A DNA stretch of 64,000 nucleotides. It comes from Candidatus Latescibacterota bacterium. Its GTDB lineage: Bacteria; Latescibacterota; UBA2968. The translations under genes and the position numbers were made by a program. Position 1 is the stretch's first letter. Every line of letters begins with the position of its first letter. The notes beneath the pieces are model-generated. The model saw nothing but the letters and a program-made list of their open reading frames with translations, had not been told where the DNA came from and did not search any database. Of this stretch, positions 51,841-59,448 are shown piece after piece. The DNA lies in NCBI GenBank assembly GCA_965207885.1, contig OZ242311.1:3584001-3648000 (forward strand), written 5' to 3'.

Positions 51841-52046
51841 ATCTTCCTCCGCTCGTAAACACACCGGGTATTTTAAAACAGCTACTGAAAAAAAGCCAAC
51901 ATTTTACGCACTGCATTTGGGCAAGTTGGCAATGCGCAAACGCAAATCTTTCTTGTACTTGACTCACAGCCCAAAAGCTGGTATTGTTATGGCTTCAAAA
52001 AATAAGTGGTGCTTTTGATCAACCTCTTTTTTTAAGAATATCTTTT

Positions 52047-52928
52047 ATGAACGCCGAACTGGTACAGGCAAAAACATTTGTAAATGACTTATTTGTTTTA
52101 ATTAAATTTCGGATTGGACTGATGGTCGTGTTTAGCACTTCTGTGGGATATGTGCTCGGCATGGGATATGTTCCCGATCCGATTCATATCTTCCATGTGC
52201 TATTCGCCACTTTTTTAACTACATCTGGCACGGGTATTTTAAACCAGTTTATGGAGCGCGAGCGCGATGCGAGAATGGGACGCACAGCCGACCGACCACT
52301 CCCTGCGGGACGCATTGCGCCAGAACTGGCCTGTTGGTTTGGGTTAATTTTAAGTGGTATGGGCATTGTCTATCTGGGGGTGCTGGTCAACTACTTGACC
52401 GCACTGGTGGGCTTATTAACCGTGGTGGTATATTTGCTCCTCTATACGCCCTTAAAGCCCAAAACACCGCACAATACAGCGATTGGAGCCATTGCAGGCG
52501 CATTGCCGCCAGTGGGTGGATGGACCGCAGCAACAGGTGTTTTGAGTGGCGAAGCACTGGCCCTGTTTGGCATTTTGTTTTTGTGGCAATTCCCCCATTT
52601 TTTGTCCATAGCCTGGCTTTATCGAGAAGATTATGCACGCGGTGGATTTCGCATGCTACCCATAGAAGACCCGCAAGGCCATAGAACTGCCCATCAGGTG
52701 GTACTTTATACCCTGGTCTTGTTGTCGTGCAGCCTGATGCCAGCGTTATTGGGTATGGCTGGTGTCGCGTATTTCGGCGTTGCCGTGTTGCTCGGCCTGG
52801 GCCTGTTGTACGCCAGTTTGACCTTTGCGCAATCGCGCACAGATGTATTGGCACGCCGCCTGATGCGAGCAACCCTCATATATCTGCCCGTATTGTGGAC
52901 AGTGATGATGTTGGACAAAATTACGTGA
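52047..52928 (+). CDS. cyoE: Heme O synthase (protoheme IX farnesyltransferase)
   Basis: NQFMERERDARMGRTADRPLPAG, YTPLK and WQFPHF motifs. Confidence 0.93.
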   Translation: MNAELVQAKTFVNDLFVLIKFRIGLMVVFSTSVGYVLGMGYVPDPIHIFHVLFATFLTTSGTGILNQFMERERDARMGRTADRPLPAGRIAPELACWFGLILSGMGIVYLGVLVNYLTALVGLLTVVVYLLLYTPLKPKTPHNTAIGAIAGALPPVGGWTAATGVLSGEALALFGILFLWQFPHFLSIAWLYREDYARGGFRMLPIEDPQGHRTAHQVVLYTLVLLSCSLMPALLGMAGVAYFGVAVLLGLGLLYASLTFAQSRTDVLARRLMRATLIYLPVLWTVMMLDKIT

Positions 52929-52992
52929 GACAAGTGTGCATCCGATTTGGAAGATACAGGAGGTGATAGGCTGACCTATCACCTTTCTTTGT

Positions 52993-53934
52993 ATGTGCAG
53001 GAGCAATCAATTGCAAGTAGCAATAAATGTCGAAAATGTGAGCCACAAATTTGGCGAGCGCGTGGCATTAGACAGTATCACATTACAGGTGATGACCGGA
53101 GAGATGTACGGTCTTTTAGGCCCCAATGGAGGGGGAAAGACCACCCTATTTCGCATGTTGTGTACTATGCTGCCTCCCGATCACGGCACGATTCGCCTGT
53201 TGGGCAAAAACGCCACTGCCAGTGCTGTGCGCACACACATCGGGGTGGTATTTCAACATCCCAGCCTGGATGCGCGTTTGACTGTACTGGAGAATTTGCG
53301 CCATCAAGGCCATCTCTATGGCTTGAAAGGTCGCCTGCTCTTCCAACGCATTGAAGAAGTCCTCGACATGATGACCCTCACAGATCGCGCAAAAGATCGA
53401 GTCGAAGTACTATCCGGCGGATTACAGCGGCGCGTTGAACTGTGCAAAAGTTTGTTGCACCACCCCGAAATATTGATCTTTGATGAACCCTGCACAGGGC
53501 TTGATCCCGGTGCGCGTCGGAGGTTTTGGGACGATCTGGATATTTTGCGGCAGACCTATGGCACGACACTGATATTGACGACCCATTTTATAGAAGAAGC
53601 CGAGCGCTGTGACCGCATTGGCATTTTAGATCGCGGACAGCTAATTGCCGAAGGCACGCCCGAGGCATTGAAGCGCACAGTCGGGTGCGAAGTAATTACC
53701 CTTGAGACACGCGATTCCAAAAGCCTGCAATTACAAATCGAAAAAGTTTTAGGCCGCGATGTCCAGATAATTGACGGACAGGTGCGTATTCCCTGCGATG
53801 ACGGGCAAAGACTGTTGGCACAGTTGTATCCCCTTCTGCGAGAGGAAGTTCAAGCCATGACCTTAAGCGTGCCCACACTTGAGGATGTTTTTGTGCAGCG
53901 AACAGGACACGGATTTCACGTGGAGGGTCAGTAG
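52993..53934 (+). CDS. ABC-2 type transporter ATP-binding protein
   Basis: GPNGGGKT, LSGG, IFDEP and TTH motifs; exact start uncertain. Confidence 0.92.
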   Translation: MCRSNQLQVAINVENVSHKFGERVALDSITLQVMTGEMYGLLGPNGGGKTTLFRMLCTMLPPDHGTIRLLGKNATASAVRTHIGVVFQHPSLDARLTVLENLRHQGHLYGLKGRLLFQRIEEVLDMMTLTDRAKDRVEVLSGGLQRRVELCKSLLHHPEILIFDEPCTGLDPGARRRFWDDLDILRQTYGTTLILTTHFIEEAERCDRIGILDRGQLIAEGTPEALKRTVGCEVITLETRDSKSLQLQIEKVLGRDVQIIDGQVRIPCDDGQRLLAQLYPLLREEVQAMTLSVPTLEDVFVQRTGHGFHVEGQ

Positions 53935-54704
53935 TGCGAATGGCTTTCTGGTTGCCCGTGGTGTCGCTCTGGCGGCGCGAACTGGTGCGCTTCGTCCGAG
54001 ATCGCAATCGATTATTCGGTGCAATAGGTCAACCTCTCGTGTTCTGGTTGCTATTGGGCGCTGGTTTTGAAAAGTCTTTTGCGCCCCTGGGTATCTCCAG
54101 TGGATATCTGGAATATATTTATCCGGGAATATTATTGCTGATTGTGTTATTTACAGCGATCTTTTCGACCATTTCGGTCATTGAAGACCGGCGCGAAGGA
54201 TTTATGCAATCGGTGCTGGTCGCACCCGTATCGCGGATTGGATTGGTGTTCGGCAAGGTTTTGGGTGGTGGAACTCTCGCCTTTTTGGAAAGCCTGGTAT
54301 TTTTGTTATTTTTGGCATTTTTAGATATTCCAATCAGCATCGTATCTCTGGGCATGACCCTCATATTTTTAGCTATACTGGGCATTGCCCTCACTGCTCT
54401 GGGCTTTGCAATAGCCTGGCAGGCTTCATCCACTGCGGGATTTCACGCGGTGATGAATTTGTTATTATTCCCCATGTGGGCGCTGTCTGGCGCATTTTTT
54501 CCCGCAGAAGGCGCGTCGCGCTGGCTGGGGTACCTGATGGCAATAAATCCATTGACTTACGGTATGGATGGTTTGCGCCAATCTCTTTACCTCACAACAT
54601 CTGGTGCAAATACCCATTTTTGGTTTTGCGGTATAATAAGTGTGGCATTTGCAGCTCTGACCCTCAGTGCAGCCGTATGGCAGGTATGTCGAAAAGAGAA
54701 ATAA
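53934..54704 (+). CDS. ABC-2 type transporter permease
   Basis: IEDRREG, LVAPVSR, LSGAFFP and NPLTY motifs. Confidence 0.9.
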   Translation: MRMAFWLPVVSLWRRELVRFVRDRNRLFGAIGQPLVFWLLLGAGFEKSFAPLGISSGYLEYIYPGILLLIVLFTAIFSTISVIEDRREGFMQSVLVAPVSRIGLVFGKVLGGGTLAFLESLVFLLFLAFLDIPISIVSLGMTLIFLAILGIALTALGFAIAWQASSTAGFHAVMNLLLFPMWALSGAFFPAEGASRWLGYLMAINPLTYGMDGLRQSLYLTTSGANTHFWFCGIISVAFAALTLSAAVWQVCRKEK

Positions 54705-54914
54705 GTTAGGGGCTGGGGCTGGGCGGCCCTCTCGCGTCCTCGCGTTTCACGTCTTGCTTTTTTATGGAACAGAAATCTTATTTAACAAATAGCCCGTAAG
54801 TCCCTAATGCTTTATTTGGGAAGCAGATGCGAGAGGGCGAGCGTTGTTCTGCAAGTGGCTCTACGGAGCCCTGCTTTCGCAGGGACATGCTTATGGGGCG
54901 ATGCTTTAGCATGA

Positions 54915-55020
54915 GGTCACATCGCCTTGTGCCTGCCTGTGCGTCACCGCACGCAGACAGGCGATGTGACCGGTGACGCATTAAGATTCGTTCTCCCTGT
55001 CTGCGTGCCCGCACAGGCAG
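54915..55020. repeat. REP-like palindrome cluster upstream of tnpB
   Basis: GGTCACATCGCC/GGCGATGTGACC; CTGCCTGTGCG..GCACGCAGACAGG with an inverted copy at 54996-55020; TGCGTCACCG/CGGTGACGCA. Confidence 0.75.
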
Positions 55021-55041
55021 ATAATTCCACGAAAAATGAAA

Positions 55042-55070
55042 TTGACAAAATATGTGCATAAGTGTATATT
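55042..55070 (+). promoter_or_regulatory. Sigma70 promoter of tnpB (probably leaderless)
   Basis: TTGACA-17 nt-TATATT, then 6 nt, then ATG at 55077; no Shine-Dalgarno. Confidence 0.7.
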
Positions 55071-55076
55071 TTACTC

Positions 55077-56222
55077 ATGCTTAAGTCCTTTAAATACAGA
55101 TTGCGCCCAACGAAAAAACAAGAAAAAATCCTACTGGCGCACATTGAAGAATGTCGCTTGCTGTATAACCAACTTGTCTGTGATAGAGTCCAAGCATGGG
55201 AAAAGAATAAAGAAAGTTTGTCGCGCTATGAGCAACAGGCCACATTACCAATGCTGAAACAACAGCATAAATCTTTTTCTCTTGTCTATTCTCAAGTTCT
55301 CCAGCAAGTATGCCAGAGAGTAGATTGGGCGTTCAAAGGATTTTTCCGCCGTCTCAAAGAGCGGGCAAAGACAGGCGAGAAAGCAGGCTTTCCCAGATAC
55401 AAGGGTCAGAATCGCTACGATTCTATCACCTATCCTCAGTTTTCCAACGGATGCCGACTGGACGATAAGGGCTTGCGATTGAGCAAAATAGGCTGTATTC
55501 GGATTGTGCAGCACAGACCACTTGAGGGTATGCTTAAGTCTTGCACGCTCAGGCGCACAGCCACGGGCAAGTGGTTCGCGTCTATCTCTTGTGATATAGG
55601 CGACGCCCCTGATAAAACAGACGATAGTCCCGCCGTTGGCATTGATGTGGGACTTGATAATTTCGCTATGTTTTCTGACGAGACAAAGATAGCAAATCCT
55701 CGCTTTTTTCGAAAAGAGGAAAAGGCACTTGCCAAAGCACAGCGCAAGTGGGACAAAGTTAAAAAAGTGTCGCCAAAGAAACGAGAGAAAGCACGTAAGA
55801 CTGTTGCCAGAGTGCATGAGCGTATCCGGAATAGACGGAACAATTTTGTGCATCAAGAGTCTCGAAAGATAGTGAATAAATACGGCTTTGTCGTCGTAGA
55901 AAAGTTAAAACCTAAAGAGATGCAAAAGAATCGTCGTTTATCAAAAAGCATCTCAGATGCAGCGTGGTCACTGTTTCGGCGTTGTCTCGAATACAAAGCG
56001 GAAGAAGCTGGTATTGGATTCAAGGCCGTTGATCCTGAATACACCTCACAAGATTGCGCTTCTTGTGGGCACCGCGAGAAGAAAGCACTCTCTGATCGTG
56101 TGCATCATTGCGAAAAGTGTGGCTATACAGCAGACAGAGACCACAATGCAGCGATAAACATATTGACTTTGGGATTACAAAGTCAGGCGGCTTGCCTGCG
56201 CGTGAGGCATTCGCGCAAGTAG
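55077..56222 (+). CDS. tnpB: RNA-guided endonuclease TnpB (IS200/IS605 family; no tnpA adjacent)
   Basis: MLKSFKYRLRP, GFPRYK, RuvC motifs GIDVG, VVEKL and DRDHNAAINI, zinc finger CASC/CEKC. Confidence 0.95.
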   Translation: MLKSFKYRLRPTKKQEKILLAHIEECRLLYNQLVCDRVQAWEKNKESLSRYEQQATLPMLKQQHKSFSLVYSQVLQQVCQRVDWAFKGFFRRLKERAKTGEKAGFPRYKGQNRYDSITYPQFSNGCRLDDKGLRLSKIGCIRIVQHRPLEGMLKSCTLRRTATGKWFASISCDIGDAPDKTDDSPAVGIDVGLDNFAMFSDETKIANPRFFRKEEKALAKAQRKWDKVKKVSPKKREKARKTVARVHERIRNRRNNFVHQESRKIVNKYGFVVVEKLKPKEMQKNRRLSKSISDAAWSLFRRCLEYKAEEAGIGFKAVDPEYTSQDCASCGHREKKALSDRVHHCEKCGYTADRDHNAAINILTLGLQSQAACLRVRHSRK

Positions 56223-56290
56223 GCTTTGACCACCAAGAAGCCCAACTGCTCTACCGTTGGGAGTAATCACTTGTTGGATATTGTATTGAC
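56168..56290 (+). ncRNA. Predicted omegaRNA 3' part: element right end at 56270 plus guide
   Basis: GAAGCCCAAC..GTTGGGAGTAATCAC resembles the IS605-type right-end hairpin ending TCAC; boundaries inferred. Confidence 0.55.
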
Positions 56291-56319
56291 AAAAAGAATC
56301 CCTGGCGTATGGTCTTGTC

Positions 56320-57054
56320 ATGCAGAAACTAACGCATCTATTATTTTTTACCTGTGTCTGTATATCCTGTCTGGGTGGTTGTAGCTTGCTCGACCGTCAG
56401 CAAGGTCCCAAGTTACTGGATTTGCGCACAGACCGAGGGTCTGACCCATCAGTGGGGCGTGGACAGGAAGTACAAATTACCATCGTGACGGATGATCCAG
56501 ACAATGATGAGTTGGATTTTCGCTGGATTGCGACCGGAGGAGAATTTGCTGCCAGCCGTGCGGATACGCTGATTGACCTGTTTCAAGATTCGGTAACAGT
56601 TGTATGGAAAGCACCCATTGAACCCGGTGTTTACGAACTGTTTTTAGAATTGGGTGACGGCCAATCTGAGATATTGGTGACCTCAGGCGTGCGTATTGCC
56701 GTAACGCAAGCCCCTCCCATTGCTGTTGTCGGCCCAGATCGGGAATTGGGTTTTCACGATGAGTTGCGCGTGATCTTAGACGGCACTGGCAGTTCGGATC
56801 CAGACCAGGACGCGCTGATGTATTTTTGGACACAGATTTCAGGACCGCGCGTGGGATTGCAAAATAGCAGTGGACCATCGCCCGAGTTTCCCGTGCCTGC
56901 ACCGGCAGATTACATTTTTGAACTGCGCGTGGCAGACTTGATACAGGGCGTGGGAGATACGAGCAATGTGGTAGTTACACGGGTTCGCGTAACAGACCGC
57001 ACTGGGCGCGTGACCGGATCCGGCCTTACTCGGTTATTGGATCGCGGGCACTAA
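56320..57054 (+). CDS. Lipoprotein with Ig/PKD-like domains
   Basis: Leader ending LGGC; DDPDNDELDFRW and LDGTGSSDPDQDALMYFWTQISGP (PKD/K319L-like). Confidence 0.75.
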   Translation: MQKLTHLLFFTCVCISCLGGCSLLDRQQGPKLLDLRTDRGSDPSVGRGQEVQITIVTDDPDNDELDFRWIATGGEFAASRADTLIDLFQDSVTVVWKAPIEPGVYELFLELGDGQSEILVTSGVRIAVTQAPPIAVVGPDRELGFHDELRVILDGTGSSDPDQDALMYFWTQISGPRVGLQNSSGPSPEFPVPAPADYIFELRVADLIQGVGDTSNVVVTRVRVTDRTGRVTGSGLTRLLDRGH

Positions 57055-57091
57055 ACAAAAGCGCAAGTACCTATTACATAATTTTTGGATT

Positions 57092-57121
57092 AAAGAGCAG
57101 GTAATTACCTGCTCTTTTTTT
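57092..57121. terminator. Hairpin terminator between convergent genes
   Basis: AAAGAGCAGGTAATTACCTGCTCTTT palindrome followed by a T-tract. Confidence 0.75.
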
Positions 57122-57122
57122 G

Positions 57123-59249
57123 TTAGAACAGACAGAGTTGATCGCGTGCGACGGGCTGGATCAAGGGAAATAGACGGCGGAATTCGCCATCGGGAAATAG
57201 AACGCGAAAACGCTCGGCCATATCGTGCAATCGGCGCAACAAATAGCCCCGGTCTTCATCGTGGGTAAAAAATTCTGTTCGGGAAAGGGAGCCATCCTGG
57301 CACTGGTAAACCGCAATCCGCTCGCCAATGCGACAACCCGCAGCGGCCATAGCAAGTCGGCTCAGATTCGGGTTGGAAAAGGTTTTTTTAGTAATGCGTT
57401 CAAACCGGCAAAAATCTTCGGGATCAATTTCGCCGTCTTGCAACTTGCGTCCCAGAGATAGATATGCGCGAGAAGCGGCATCTGTATCGCCATCGACGAG
57501 CAGGGGCGCAATCTCTGCAATAAACTGTCGAAAGATGCGCTCATCGCGCCGGCTTCGCAGGCTGCTGCCCACAAGCGAGACACGACCATCGTAATCGACG
57601 AGAATATAATTTTTTGCCTTGAGACTGATCATCCCTTTAAAGCGACCGTCGTGCGAGAGATGAATACCACGGGGCAAGGCAGTCGAAATTTCCTCTATGA
57701 GTTGTTCTTCATCGGCCTCTGTCTCGACGTGCGGTGGCGCAACAAAATAAGCCCCATCGGTATCTACTTCGATAATATCCCCACCGGCATCGCGCAACTC
57801 AGCCACGAGTTGGCGGGCGATTTGCTGCCCGACTACAGTAATTTTTTCCGCGGCGTGGTAGTCGTTAAAACACGCGCGTCCGTATCCCAGATATCCGTAA
57901 AAAGAATTGATGAGAATTTTGTAACTGCCCTGCAGCCCATCCCAGTATGCGCGGTCGGTTTCATCACGTGCACTTTGAAAATTTGTCTTGGCCTCAAGGC
58001 GTCGCTGCGTAAGGTGTTCGAGCATGGGCAAAAAAGCATTTTCAGTATCGGTTGCCGGGCGAATCTGTTGGGTAAGCATAATCGATGGATAAAGACTTTC
58101 GACATCGGCTTTGACCACCCGCTTAAAAATACCCGAAGCCACGAGTCGCGTATAGCCACCGCTAAATCCCTTTGAGGGCCGCGGTTTGGGAATGGCGAGA
58201 TTGCGCCGCAGATAAAGCCCTACCATGAGAGCGTTGATTTTCTCGCCCGGACCGCTGATCGCAGCGTCTTGAAAGTTGTATGGCAAAATCTGTGTCTGAT
58301 AAAATTCAGTGGGAACGACCACCTCGCTGAGCGCTTTGACATCGCGCACATCGTCGAGCGCGTAGTCAATGAGACGTTGCGGATTGGTGCGCCAGGTATG
58401 GGCAATTTCTTCCCCATCGACAAACGTGCGCCCTGCCCGCTCAAGACCGAGTGCGTGGATGACTTGCTTAAGACCATAGCGCTCCAGCTTGCCCCCGGTA
58501 TCATAACGCTGTACCTGTTGCAGCGTGTCGATAATGTGTCGCCCGTGGATATAAGCCGGGCGAAAGCCCGGGATTTGTGCCCCAACTTTGAAGACGCGCT
58601 GCCCATGCCCTGCGCGCAATGCCGACCCATTGCGCCCCCATGTGAGGGAAAGGCCATAGTGTTGAGCGCGGGCGACGAGATAGGGCAAGTCAAATTCAAA
58701 AATATTGTGGCCTTCAATCGTATCGGGGTTGCGCACTTCGATCACTTTGTTGAGGTTGCGAAGCAGATCTGCCTCGCTCATATCCGTAGCGCTCAATACA
58801 GTCTCATATCCCTGAGAATCGGAAACTGAGATGAGAATAATCTCTGCATCGGGTGCCGAGGGATCGAGCGTGAGGGTCTCGATATCGAGTTGCAAGCGGT
58901 GGAGGTCGCCGTAGCGCATCTCTCGAAAGAGGGTTTGGCCCGAAAGCGTCAGATGCTGCCGCACGGGATTGTTAAAATTAAAATGCGGTATGCCATCCTG
59001 GGCGAGGCGGTCGCGTGCCGCGAGAAAATGAGACCAGTTGTGAAAGTGTATCCGCGCGCGAAATTCGCCGCCGCCTTTGAGACGCACGCAATCTGAAACC
59101 CCTGAAAAGCCAGACCGGGCAGACTCTTCGGGCGTCTCAACGAGCAACCATGGGGAAAAGGGTTGCAGGTGGCAATGGTCGCGCGTGTAGAGCACCATCT
59201 GATTCCCGCCGACGAGTTCGGCAGCGAGAACACCGGGGAGATAAGCCAT
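57123..59249 (-). CDS. polB: Family B DNA polymerase with 3'-5' exonuclease
   Basis: Exonuclease motifs LDIET, HNIFEFD, YALDD; polymerase motifs DVESLYPS, KILINSFYGY, DTDG; start MAYL after GGAG. Confidence 0.92.
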   Translation of the reverse strand: MAYLPGVLAAELVGGNQMVLYTRDHCHLQPFSPWLLVETPEESARSGFSGVSDCVRLKGGGEFRARIHFHNWSHFLAARDRLAQDGIPHFNFNNPVRQHLTLSGQTLFREMRYGDLHRLQLDIETLTLDPSAPDAEIILISVSDSQGYETVLSATDMSEADLLRNLNKVIEVRNPDTIEGHNIFEFDLPYLVARAQHYGLSLTWGRNGSALRAGHGQRVFKVGAQIPGFRPAYIHGRHIIDTLQQVQRYDTGGKLERYGLKQVIHALGLERAGRTFVDGEEIAHTWRTNPQRLIDYALDDVRDVKALSEVVVPTEFYQTQILPYNFQDAAISGPGEKINALMVGLYLRRNLAIPKPRPSKGFSGGYTRLVASGIFKRVVKADVESLYPSIMLTQQIRPATDTENAFLPMLEHLTQRRLEAKTNFQSARDETDRAYWDGLQGSYKILINSFYGYLGYGRACFNDYHAAEKITVVGQQIARQLVAELRDAGGDIIEVDTDGAYFVAPPHVETEADEEQLIEEISTALPRGIHLSHDGRFKGMISLKAKNYILVDYDGRVSLVGSSLRSRRDERIFRQFIAEIAPLLVDGDTDAASRAYLSLGRKLQDGEIDPEDFCRFERITKKTFSNPNLSRLAMAAAGCRIGERIAVYQCQDGSLSRTEFFTHDEDRGYLLRRLHDMAERFRVLFPDGEFRRLFPLIQPVARDQLCLF

Positions 59250-59448
59250 TGTATTGCTCCAATTTGTTAAGAGGAGAGGTAAACAAATATAGCCAATTTT
59301 TATACGCCTTGCAATGTGATGGGTTCGCAAACCACGAGAACACACATTTTGTCAAGCCTTTTGATTGACGTATAAATCTGCGTGGGCTATGTTATATGGA
59401 ACCAGGGAGACGCGATTGCGTAAAAAGGTTCAGGAGAGGAGATTTATC

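Noticed and set aside
55077-56222. Cas12f or nuclease-dead TldR interpretation of tnpB
   Set aside because: No CRISPR array or cas genes nearby, and all RuvC catalytic residues are intact.
57123-59249. polB as a marker of a prophage, casposon or pipolin
   Set aside because: No integrase, cas1, terminal repeats or phage genes in the flanks.
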